A stretch of DNA of 64,000 bases from Antedon mediterranea (lineage: Eukaryota > Animalia > Echinodermata), in assembly GCF_964355755.1 (NCBI RefSeq), contig NC_092678.1:884422-948421 (forward strand), given 5' to 3'. Made by a program: the position numbers and the translations under genes. Below, piece after piece: positions 28,515 through 41,257 of the stretch. How positions within the stretch are numbered: position 1 is the stretch's first letter; each line of letters starts with the position of its first letter. The notes under the pieces are model-generated. The model saw only the letters and a list, made by a program, of their open reading frames with translations. It was not told the origin of the DNA and did no database searches.

Positions 28515-29993
28515 AGAACCCTTCCTTTGGGCGGGACACATCCCTAATCAGAGGACACGTAGAACCCCTCCTTTGGGACACACCCCTAATCAGAGGACAC
28601 GTAGAACCCCTCCTTTGGGACACACCCCTAATCAGAGGACACGTAGAACCCCTCCGTTGGGACACACCCCTAATCAGAGGACACGTAGAACCCCTCCGTT
28701 GGGACACACCCCTAATCAGAGGACACGTAGAACCCCTCCGTTGGGACACACCCCTAATCAGAGGACACGTAGAACCCCTCCTTTGGGACACACCCCTAAT
28801 CAGAGGACACGTAGAACCCTTCCTTTGGGCGGGACACACCCCTAATCAGAGGACACGTAGAACCCCTCCGTTGGGACACACCCCTAATCAGAGGTCACGT
28901 AGAACCCCTCCGTTGGGACACACCCCTAATCAGAGGACACGTAGAACCCCTCCGTTGGGACACACCCCTAATCAGAGGACACGTAGAACCCCTCCGTTGG
29001 GACACACCCCTAATCAGAGGACACGTAGAACCCCTCCTTTGGGACACACCCCTAATCAGAGGACACGTAGAACCCCTCCTTTGGGACACACCCCTAATCA
29101 GAGGACACGTAGAACCCTTCCTTTGGGCGGGACACACCCCTAATCAGAGGACACGTAGAACCCCTCCGTTGGGACACACCCCTAATCAGAGGACACGTAG
29201 AACCCCTCCGTTGGGACACACCCCTAATCAGAGGACACGTAGAACCCCTCCGTTGGGACACACCCCTAATCAGAGGACACGTAGAACCCCTCCGTTGGGA
29301 CACACCCCTAATCAGAGGACACGTAGAACCCCTCCGTTGGGACACACCCCTAATCAGAGGACACGTAGAACCCCTCCGTTGGGACACACCCCTAATCAGA
29401 GGACACGTAAAACCCCTCCTTTGGGACACACCCCTAATCAGAGGACACGTAGAACCCCTCCGTTGGGACACACCCCTAATCAGAGGACACGTAGAACCCC
29501 TCCGTTGGGACACACCCCTAATCAGAGGACACGTAGAACCCCTCCTTTGGGACACACCCCTAATCAGAGGACACGTAGAACCCTTCCTTTGGGACACACC
29601 CCTAATCAGAGGACACGTAGAACCCCTCCTTTGGGACACACCCCTAATCAGAGGACACGTAGAACCCCTCCTTTGGGACACACCCCTAATCAGAGGACAC
29701 GTAGAACCCCTCCTTTGGGACACACCCCTAATCAGAGGACACGTAGAACCCTTCCTTTGGGACACACCCCTAATCAGAGGACACGTAGAACCCCTCCGTT
29801 GGGACACACCCCTAATCAGAGGACACGTAGAACCCCTCCTTTGGGACACACCCCTAATCAGAGGACACGTAGAACCCCTCCGTTGGGACACACCCCTAAT
29901 CAGAGGACACGTAGAACCCCTCCGTTGGGACACACCCCTAATCAGAGGACACGTAGAACCCCTCCTTTGGGACACACCCCTTATTCAGAGGAC
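28515..29993. repeat. 42-bp satellite, about 35 copies
   Basis: Unit gacacacccctaatcagaggacacgtagaacccctcckttgg. Confidence 0.97.
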
Positions 29994-30579
29994 ATTAGAC
30001 ATGTATTATTTTTATATTTACACATTTATTTTTCACAATTAACAATTACATTTACAATATTTAATAGTACACAAAAAGAAGCGAGTGCTTGTCAGTTTGG
30101 TAACCATTTCAATGTACGGTACATACAATGCCAGACAACATTCAACAAAAATGGACACATATAACCATCTTTAGGGACACTTCCCTCGAGACAACATTAT
30201 TTTTTGTCACTACGGGCAGACCATTGACACCTCCTCTTCAAGAGATACTTTATTGGTTGCTGAATGTTTTTCTATATCTGAATCGTGAGATGCTGTTTCC
30301 GATTATTAATCTTTTAATTTTGGATATTTGTACCGCCGATCCCTTATACGAATTTTGAGTATTAAGAGATTTTTTAATAAGCTTGCACAAATGTTTTACT
30401 AGGTGCAATATTTGTTGTATTTCGATGTTTTTTAAGGGGCAACTGACTCTTTGAGTTATAGTAATTGTCTTGCTATAGTTGCCCCTGACCATTGTGCTTT
30501 GTTTCTGTTCTGTATCTGTTTATTGGTTGCCGAATGTTTTTCTGTATCTGAATCATGTCATCGCAAATTGTCTATCTGA

Positions 30580-32125
30580 TCTTGTCATCCATCTTCAGAT
30601 GTCATCATCACTTCTTGTCATCCATCTTCAGATGTCATCATCACTTCTTGTCATCCATCTTCAGATGTCATCATCACTTCTTGTCATCCATCTTCAGATG
30701 TCATCATCTTGTCATCCATCTTCAGATGTCATCATCACTTCTTGTCATCCATCTTCAGATGTCATCATCACTTCTTGTCATCCATCTTCAGATGTCATCA
30801 TCACTTCTTGTCATCCATCTTGAGATGTCATCATCACTTCTTGTCATCCATCTTCAGATGTCATCATCACTTCTTGTCATCCATCTTGAGATGTCATCAT
30901 CACTTCTTGTCATCCATCTTGAGATGTCATCATCACTTCTTGTCATCCATCTTCAGATGTCATCATCACTTCTTGTCATCCATCTTCAGATGTCATCATC
31001 ACTTCTTGTCATCCATCTTCAGATGTCATCATCACTTCTTGTCATCCATCTTCAGATGTCATCATCACTTCTTGTCATCCATCTTCAGATGTCGTCATCA
31101 CTTCTTGTCATCCATCTTCAGATGTCGTCATCACTTCTTGTCATCCATCTTCAGATGTCATCATCACTTCTTGTCATCCATCTTCAGATGTCATCATCAC
31201 TTCTTGTCATCCATCTTCAGATGTCATCATCACTTCTTGTCATCCATCTTCAGATGTCATCATCACTTCTTGTCATCCATCTTCAGATGTCATCATCACT
31301 TCTTGTCATCCATCTTCAGATGTCATCATCACTTCTTGTCATCCATCTTCAGATGTCATCATCTTGTCATCCATCTTCAGATGTCATCATCACTTCTTGT
31401 CATCCATCTTCAGATGTCATCATCACTTCTTGTCATCCATCTTCAGATGTCATCATCACTTCTTGTCATCCATCTTCAGATGTCGTCATCACTTCTTGTC
31501 ATCCATCTTCAGATGTCATCATCACTTCTTGTCATCCATCTTCAGATGTCATCATCACTTCTTGTCATCCATCTTCAGATGTCATCATCACTTCTTGTCA
31601 TCCATCTTCAGATGTCATCATCACTTCTTGTCATCCATCTTCAGATGTCATCATCACTTCTTGTCATCCATCTTCAGATGTCATCATCACTTCTTGTCAT
31701 CCATCTTCAGATGTCATCATCACTTCTTGTCATCCATCTTCAGATGTCGTCATCACTTCTTGTCATCCATCTTCAGATGTCATCATCACTTCTTGTCATC
31801 CATCTTCAGATGTCGTCATCACTTCTTGTCATCCATCTTCAGATGTCGTCATCACTTCTTGTCATCCATCTTCAGATGTCATCATCACTTCTTGTCATCC
31901 ATCTTCAGATGTCATCATCACTTCTTGTCATCCATCTTCAGATGTCGTCATCACTTCTTGTCATCCATCTTCAGATGTCATCATCACTTCTTGTCATCCA
32001 TCTTCAGATGTCGTCATCATTTCTTGTCATCCATCTTCAGATGTCGTCATCACTTCTTGTCATCCATCTTCAGATGTCGTCATCACTTCTTGTCATCCAT
32101 CTTCAGATGTCATCATCATTTCTTC
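30580..32125. repeat. 33-bp satellite, about 47 copies
   Basis: Unit cttgtcatccatcttcagatgtcatcatcactt. Confidence 0.97.
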
Positions 32126-32348
32126 ATTCATAATTGATTGATTAATTGCCGCCAAGTTGCTTAGTTATTGTTTATAATTTGCCCTTTAGTATTTTATGAA
32201 AGATGACACTACAGCTTTCAATTTAAACATCATCTACCTCGATCGTTATATCATATATTGATGAATAAACTGATTTATCTTAAAACTCAATGTACAACTT
32301 CAATGTAATTCATGTTCATATAGATTGTATGCTGCGAAGATTTGAAAG

Positions 32349-35300
32349 ATGTTGAGAGCGTTTAAACGAACTGTTTGCCTAGGAGATGTATGCTGTTTGC
32401 TAAGAGGGGTCACTATACTCTGCTTTAAACTAATAATTGTTGAAGCTTTGCAACAAAACTCGTCGGGATTTACTACAAGTGAGTCGAGTTGGTTTCATTA
32501 CATTTTTTTATACGAAAATTTCAAAATAGATATTCCCAATATTTATATTTATATTGCTGAATAAATGTGAATATTGTATTCGAAATGAATGCTGGCCAAA
32601 AAAGTTATCACATAAACGTGGTTCCCACTAGACTAGAGACGCTACGCAAGGACGTACGTACGCGCAACGCAAGCAAATGGACCTATGTTGTAATAATCAA
32701 TCGCTTGTGATGTAAAAGTCAATTAGAACAACATTATAGAATTAAAGGGGTACTCCGGGATCAAACAAAGTGTTTCTTAATGTGGGCTTCCTTCTATGTA
32801 TTGGAGTTGGTCGTATGTGCTCCTCCTCGTTCGTTCCAAAAAATGTCTTGATTTTTGTTGCCTATTTTCACAATGTATATGATTGATTAAGAATAATAAA
32901 AAAGTCGTCTTATCAAAACATGACGATGTTTTCAAACGACACTTTACAGCGTGGGTGAAATATCTGTCTATTTATATTACAAATTAAATTGTCTCTAAAA
33001 AAAGGAATTCTAAAATCAGAACTGCATTACTGAAATTGAAATCTAGATAGTAAAATGAATAAATTGAATTTTTTTATACGAAAATGAAATGGGTAAATAA
33101 CTCAGTTGCTTCTGTTTTGTATCATCAATCATACGAAAAAGAATGAAATTTGAATTTTTTAAAATCTTTCTTTTTCGTTAGTATTTGTAATAAAAACACA
33201 TATATTCTACAATGTAAGTATTTTCGCTTAAATTTACACTAATCTATTAAAAGGTAAATCAATAAAATGTAGTCAAATCTACCTTTTAACATTTGTTTCC
33301 TTAAAAATATATAATAATTTCTATAACACTTTTGTGTCATCATAAGTTGGAACATTCCATTATTGTTAAATGCAAATTCAAATGTTTACAGTATTGATTG
33401 CAGGGACACCCCTAAACTGTCTCCTTGGTTTTCTATTGTCCGCAACGCAAGGACGCAAACGCACCAACAATAAGTTGACAAATCACAATGAGGAGCACCC
33501 TAACTGTCACTTATGATTGGTCAATTCGATCGCGTTGCTCCTACGACGTCGTTGCGCGCGTGCGTCGGTTCCAAAGTGGGAACCAATTAGCTTAAGGTTC
33601 TACTCTACATTTCTTGGAAAAACTGATTGATTTTTGTGTATATTTTAGTGTGTAATTTTAGTGATGGTAGTGTATATAGTTGCGAACATGGTGGTTTATG
33701 TGGACCTAACAAGACTTGTCATTGCCAAGCTGGTTACTATGGACACAGCTGCGAGGATCAAGGTAACATGTCCGCCGTCGCCCCTTCATTTGCCTAATAC
33801 TTAAAAAATATTCATAAAAAATGTTGGCCTATTTTAAAATATTTCAAAATATATAAATAATACACCTGAACATAAAGTTTGGTGGCGAGGTCCCTGGGTA
33901 TACAAGGAACAATTCTAGTGGGTCCCTGTGTATACAAGGAACAATTCTAGTGGGTCCCTGGAGACAAGGAACAATTCTAGTGGGTCCCTGGGTATACAAG
34001 GAACAATTCTAGTGGGTCCCTGGGTATACAAGGAACAATTCTAGTGGGTCCCTGGGTATACAAGGAACAATTCTAGTGGATTTGCTCATATGACCAAATT
34101 TGGAATAGGACTTATTGAATATGCAATTAAAATGCATTGTTTTCTTCAATAATTGCTTTATTTTAATCTTTTAGTTGTCACAACCGTGATAGTTGTTTTG
34201 ATTTGCGTAATGCCACCGATTTGTTGGACTGTACTCTGCATTTATGGATGTAAAAATTGTAAGTTACATGTTAATGTTATTATGTATCAACCTGAGCCAT
34301 ATGGTGAAATAAAATGTAGTGACGTCAGAAATTAATGTTTGTTAGCCCTATTAATGTAATAAGTTCATTATTTATGTAATGTTATCTTTTTAACGTGAAG
34401 ATCGGAAATAAACAGTGAAAAAACTAACGCAACTTGACCAATCTCAACAGATATTTCGGATGATCCATGTCGTGATTGGTCAAATTAATTGCGGGGCGCG
34501 TACGTCCTTACGTTGCCTCCTAGTAACAACCAAGCGTACTAAACGCGCTGTGACGATTTCTACTTTGGTTTATTTTGTCTCTACAATTTTACATCACTAC
34601 ATTGACCTTTTATTAATATCATGTAGTGAATTTTATGTCAATTTTATATGATGGCATCTGATTTATCCATTTTACTTCGAAATGCCAACGTTCGTTTTGC
34701 ATATTTCTTTAGCGTCATGCTTTCTCACAAATTCAATCATTGCATTTATCCGGTTAAAAACTAGGACTCTGTTCCAAAGCGTACATTTCAATTTTCATAT
34801 TAAATCTAAAGTTCTCTGCGTCGCTGCCTATAAATTTAGCCTACTACTGATTTTAATGCTATGATATATTTCATTTTACTCATACGTCGTCGATTCATGT
34901 CGCGACGAACGTACACAAGATTTACACGGGGCGCCGTTTGGAATAAATATACTACATTTTCAGGAACATCACATTCTAGAAGAGTATGACAACTATATGC
35001 AATGCATACATTAATAAAACTGTCCCAAACAGTTTTTAACAGTTAAATAATGATGTATTTAACTACAGTATGCTCTGTAAGCGTAACCATGGATAGGTCC
35101 ATGGCGTAACCAAGGCGTGGTGTGTGTTATCTTTTTTTTTTATCATATAATTATCTTATATTTTAGATATGTGCTTTTTTTGTACAGTGCTAATTATTAT
35201 GCATGACGTCACAAACTTAAATGCTACACTACAAACGTACACTTCCGTTTCAAAATAAGATTACTGTATATGGTATTATACTATAAAATTCAATCTCGCG

Positions 35301-36653
35301 TTACATTTGGCTATAATACAATGAACGTTACTAAGTACGGAAGATTTTTCGGGGCACTAGTTAAATATATAATTAAATAGTGGCTCGAGCGGGCTTCCGT
35401 AACTATGCCTCTTTGATCATCCAATATCTACATACATGGTATCACTTTACAATATTAGGAATGTTACATATAATTTAAGTAGACAAATATCAAGTAATGT
35501 AAATGTAACATTTTAATGTTATTTTAATGTTTGAATATACGACACCAATGTGACATAATGTGTATTTAAGTACATCCTCGCCGTCGCAATTTAGTTTTTC
35601 TCTTCTCGATGCTTTTTAAGTAATTGTGTCCACAATACGTCTGCTGCTGTTGTGTCTTTAATCTGACATTTTTAATCGCGACAGCAACCGTCTCTATAGG
35701 CATTCAGCGCCGTCTACATATCAACGTGATGTCAATTTAGAATTCAGCGACGTATCTCCTTCTCTAATCGTTCCCTATTATTCATATAACGTTTATGTTG
35801 TATGTCAGTTTTAAATTGTTGATATTTTTTGCATGTTACCGTCGTCTTAAGTTGGTAGAATGAGATAAATGATACTCGTGTATGTCAATGTGTCACAGCC
35901 TCAGGATTATGTTAGTAAAACACATGTAATTTTATTCAACATGTATGCTAACGATTAAATGCGATTTTCATTTAATGCAGTTCTTTAGTCTATAATATTT
36001 GTAGGATTTATTTTTTTTTTCATATTTGAGATAAAATAAAGAGTTTTCTTTGAAATATAGAATATAACATATCCTCTGGAGGTACACCCGATATCGGGAC
36101 TAGCGCGCTCCGATTTTTGACATATCAACTAACCAAATTAACAAACCAACTAAATTTCAGTTGTACCTTATACAAAAAATAATATCGCATCGTATTTGAT
36201 AGGCCTAAATATTTTTGACAAACTATTAATATTAAAAATAACCTTTTTCCACTTCTTTTTGTTGCTTGGACAAAAAGCTTTAACAAGTTTGTTTTCCATT
36301 TTAAATCTACAGACGACAGCAGCCAACGACAGCGGAACATGGACAGTGTGAGCAGGTCTTTCCATACAGACGACGAGTCAGTACCTGCTGGACTCACTGA
36401 TCTACCACCACGCTACCATGACGTCACCAACCCATTACACTCACTTCGGTCATTACAACTAGAGCATTGTGGGAATACTGACCATCCTCCGGCCTACGAA
36501 GAGGTCATGAAAGTATTTAGAAATATTAAAATTCAAGAAAATAGTAGTAATAACGAAAGGTCAAAGGTTAATACATCAAGGATATCATTAGGCTCTAAAA
36601 ATTCGGCATTTTCGTTTGAATTAGAAGATATTGACATGGCCGAAGAAGTTTAA
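32349..36653 (+). CDS. Small type-I membrane protein A: signal peptide, single EGF, TM, PPxY x2 (about 222 aa)
   Basis: Exons 32349-32478, 33649-33762 (CNFSDGSVYSCEHGGLCGPNKTCHCQAGYYGHSC, 6 Cys), 34175-34258 (TM VVTTVIVVLICVMPPICWTVLCIYG) and 36313-36653 (tail with LPPRY and PPAYEEV). All introns are phase 1, GT-AG. The first exon is the least certain. Confidence 0.8.
33888..34079. repeat. 32-bp minisatellite, 6 copies
   Basis: Unit gggtccctgggtatacaaggaacaattctagt. Confidence 0.95.
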
Positions 36654-36814
36654 CCTATGACCTCATGTTATTCCAATTGTCTTCATATTTGCACCTTGGA
36701 ATCGAATGATGTTTGTTTACTAGACCATGTCCTGTCCTAGACTGAGAAAGTTACAGCATTCGTGATGACCGAACGGACGTTATACGTCCCTAGCTATTAC
36801 CTCTGCTTATTTTA

Positions 36815-37020
36815 TGCGTGAACGGGGTATATTTACGCGTCCTCATGCCTCTTGCGTTCTTGATGCGTGGACAGGGTATATTTATACGCGTCCTCGTGCC
36901 TCTTGCGTTCTTGGTACGTGGACGGGGTATATTTACGCGTCCTCATGCCTTTTGCGTTCTTGGTGCGTGGACAGGGTATATTTACGCGTCCTTATTACCC
37001 CTTGATGCGTGGACGGGGTT
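36815..37020. repeat. About 50-bp tandem repeat, 4 copies
   Basis: Unit similar to gcgtggacagggtatatttacgcgtcctcatgcctcttgcgttcttggt. Confidence 0.85.
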
Positions 37021-37829
37021 TAGTAGAAGGCCATTCAATCGAACTAGTAAATTTTTATGCTCATTTTATGTATATTTATAAAACAAAATGTAAAAACAAC
37101 TGTTCTGCACCTTGTATATTTCCATACGATGCATGTGATACGTTCTAAATCAAATCCAAATATTTATTTTAATTCTATTCAGGTTTTCTATATCTTAAAA
37201 GAGTACTATACAGTAATATAAAATATCAGTCCATATTTGGTAATAGTATGTATTTTAAAATAAATCTATAACCAAGATATAAATACATCATAAAAGGCAT
37301 TTATTAAATATACATTCGCGTGCTACGATGTTTTATAGCTCAGGCTTTCGCTGCCAGCTTTATTTTATTGATCCATGTGCAATAATATATATTTTTTAAA
37401 TTTATAAACTCTTTTAATTTAGTGTAATGAGTACAACTACGGTGGTACAACATTTATGAGCAAGCATTTAAATTTAAGTTGATTTGATTTGCATTTATTT
37501 GGAAAATCGTAACATACAGTAATAACATTAATAATGTACTGACGTACGTGAAAATGGGACAACTATTGAATATTTCGAGGAGAGCTCCACAGCGTACGGA
37601 GCTTAGTGGTTAATATGTGTCTATAGTTTTAAATTATAGGCCTCCTACTCTATTTTATTCAGAGATTACTCTCTTCTCTGATTTTATCCTAATGAATTGT
37701 GGGATATCATAATGAATTGTGGGATATCATCTTTTACATGCGAGTATTTAATATAAGTAGATTTTTCACCAAATGCTGAGTTGTTTTAAATTAAATATAA
37801 AATAAAACTAACGTCTTTGTAGGATGGAT

Positions 37830-38262
37830 TGTTCGATATCAGATGGCCTGAGTATGTTTGATATCGGATGGCCTGAGTATGTTCGATATCGGATTGCCTG
37901 AGTATGTTCGATATCGGATGGCCCGAGTATGTTTGATATCGGATTGCCCGAGTATGTTTGATATCGGATGGCCCGAGTATGTTCGATATCGGATGGCCTA
38001 AGTATGTTCGATATCGGATGGCCTAAGTATGTTCGATATCGGATGGCCTAAGTATGTTCGATATCGGATGGCCTAAGTATGTTCGATATCGGATGGCCTA
38101 AGTATGTTCGATATCGGATGGCCTGAGTATGTTTGATATCGGATGGCCTAAGTATGTTCGATATCGGATGGCCTGAGTATGTTTGATATCGGATGGCCTG
38201 AGTATGTTTGATATCGGATGGCCTGAGTATGTTCGATATCGGATGGCCTGAGTATGTTTGAT
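37830..38262. repeat. 25-bp minisatellite, about 17 copies
   Basis: Unit gagtatgttcgatatcggatggcct. Confidence 0.95.
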
Positions 38263-39025
38263 AACGTGAATATGCATTGGCAGTATCAAACTACTTATTT
38301 ATATTCATGTTCAAGGTTTTGTATTGACATTTTTACGAATAATATAACACCCCAACTTCTTTTTCCTTTTCTAATTAAACAATCAAAATATTCAGTTATA
38401 AGGGTATTAAACGCGCTAACAACAAGCGCGCGCCCAATTCGATGCAACCCCCATCTTATACGTTGTCCGAATAAACTTCTCCCTCCAAGGTTTCGGTGTT
38501 TTTTTATGCATGCCTCTCCTTTTTTATTATATATGGTTTTTTTTATTCTGTAAGTTTAAACTTAACTACACTTTCCTTATATTAACTCACTCTATCAATG
38601 CATGTCTCATATACATATATTATCTAAAGTTACCATACTTATGATTTGTGCTGTGTGTCGTATTCCTATCACACAGAAATACTGTACATATTGGTTTCGT
38701 TATGTCTACTCAAATTAAATTTATAATTTTCTTTATCATTCTAGTGTTTTCTTTATTATAATTGGCTAACTCATGTTTCAGACATAAACCCGTCCACAAT
38801 ACATAAGGAATACATATTGCACTAAATACGTAGAAACAAATATCTTATTTTGGTATTATATCAATACAACATTACATATATATATATGTATATATAAATC
38901 CAAAGGCAAATTACTGAAAAAAATGACAATGCTGTGGGTATCAGTGGCTGGATCTCAATGGAGATACAAAAATAAAAAGCGAAAAGCTAAATCAAAACGA
39001 TAAAGTAAACAGCCAGAAAAGTACG

Positions 39026-39056
<31 letters not shown>

Positions 39057-39668
39057 CATTAATAGCCCCTTGTTCAATTCTGAGGAAAATGTTAATAGGA
39101 GTGCAGTCCCCTGAAAACCCGGGGTCACAAAGGTGTGAAGATATTAAGCCTTACGAATATATTCGATCGGCAGCACCGACAAAACATTTAATTATATTTT
39201 TCATAAAGAATTCCTTATTTTTGGCCGCTGACGCCAACCATAGTTTTCGAACAAAAACCAATTCAGAATATCATTTATTAAAAATCAAGTAATTTCCATG
39301 GCAACAGATGACTCATCTGAGTCATTAAAGCGTTACGTATCTACTAATGAGTTATGGTGGTGATACTTGATAATACATTGAATGTTGTGTGTAAATAATA
39401 ACTTGAATGTTGTGTACATAATACATTGAATGTTACATAATGCATCATTGCATTGGAAGCATTTATGTTCACAGGACTAAGACACTCATGTTTATTATGA
39501 ACATTGCTTTTAGTACTCAACCTTCATTCAAATTTCCTCTTGTACAGTTTTAATATTTGCTAATACTAACACTGTTCGGATACAGAATAAAGAGTTTATT
39601 CCGACCTCCTCATCATGTGTCACCTATAACACCCATCATCTGCATCACCATCCCAGACTAGAGGTTAA

Positions 39669-39826
39669 AGCTTGGTTCCCACTAGAAACGCAACGCAAGG
39701 ACGTAACGCAATGTAATTGATTTGATCAAACACAAGCGATGCATTATTCGAACAGTGGCTTGTCATTGGTCAACTCGCTTGCGTTGCGCGTACGTTTTTG
39801 CGTTCCGTCTCTAGTGGGAACCACGA
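39669..39826. mobile_element. MITE family A, full copy
   Basis: agcttggttcccactag...ctagtgggaaccacg termini. Confidence 0.8.
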
Positions 39827-41257
39827 ATTAGATTCAGTTAATACAGAGAATCGGTTTAAACACTATAGTATGGAAACAAGAGCAATGTGACAAATAGAAC
39901 CAGAGTTAAATAAATATGACAGCCTAGACGAATCGTTACAAGTTGATAGGTTAATATTCCCATTTAATGTAATATTTTCATGATGCAGCTGTCAAGCTAT
40001 TTAAACGGATAACATCTTCGGGTTGTACTATTGATCCGTTGATAAGATGCGGCATTATATCGCTGTAGGCGTCTATTATCTAAGTACTTGCTTAGACGGT
40101 AATGCACCTAACTTCTCTTAACTAAACGAACATGATACGACAATTAGTCGTACATAAACATTTTAATTAGATGCGAGGTTGATGGATATTGTAAGCAGAA
40201 TTCAACGCTGCTGCTGCTCGTCATTTAAATTGCTAATGTAAACAGTACATGAATACCGTAATTGGATCATTTTTACCGAGAATGTTTGTATGTTTAATGG
40301 CATTATGTATAACTAATACCGTTATCGTGTTTTGTAAATTATACTTTCAACACAATTAGAAGCACACACAAACATCGCTTTAAGCAATTAAAGTCATTCA
40401 AACATCAACAAGACGGTTACCCTTCACAAAAAAAAGAATTATTTGTAACTTTTAACGTTTTAAAGAAGTTGATCATACCAGTACCGTTTGGATTTTACGA
40501 TCATTTGGGGATTTACCTTTTGCTAGCTTAGTTCGTGTTGACCAATCCCAAGCGACAGTTCGGAATATCCATCTTTTATGATTGGTCAAATCACATACGT
40601 TGCGCTTACGTCCTAGCGTTGCGTCCAAGTTGGCGGTTCATATAAAACGTATATTCCACAAGGACGCTATGCAAGCATGTAACCTCAACGCAAAATAAAA
40701 TGTGTTAAAAATTGGTGTTTTGTTTACCGAGTATCAGTCCTTCAAACCCACATACTGCACTGAAACTAAATATTGTTAGAACAACACAAAGTCAGTTGTA
40801 ATGGACGAATAGTCACCGTGAAAAGGTAGTTTTACAAGTACAACTTACAACAATAGACCAATCAATCCATCTACTTTTAGTAGTATAGTATCAACAATTC
40901 TATTTTGGTGTCGAGTCGAGTGACTGTGCAAAACCAGTCTTTTGACTAACTTCCTTGTCGTCTGACGTAATTTACATTTTTTACAAACAGGAAGAATTAT
41001 AGTTTTAACAATAAGGAACTGGTGGTACTAACTCTTATTTTGTATACGTGCTATTATAGTAGATAGATGATAGTGTACAAAACAGACAATACCAGACACT
41101 TCTACCGCACGATTAGCACGTCCACACAGGGCAAGCAGACTATTGTTGTTGTACTTCCAACATTCGTTAAGGCCTATACCAGGGTATACCAGGTCTTCTT
41201 TGCTTAAGACTAGTACAACAGTACCGGTGTCTCAATATTTCTGTATTTACCAAGAAA

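Noticed and set aside
28486-32141. Long ORFs (up to 528 aa) of repeated peptides such as GHTPNQRTRRTPPL and LVIHLQMSSSL
   Set aside because: They come from 42- and 33-bp satellites whose unit length is a multiple of 3. They are open in several frames or strands and have no splice or domain support.
23682-38262. CRISPR-like appearance of 25-42-bp repeat arrays
   Set aside because: The units are head-to-tail with no unique spacers, there are no cas genes, and the context is eukaryotic.
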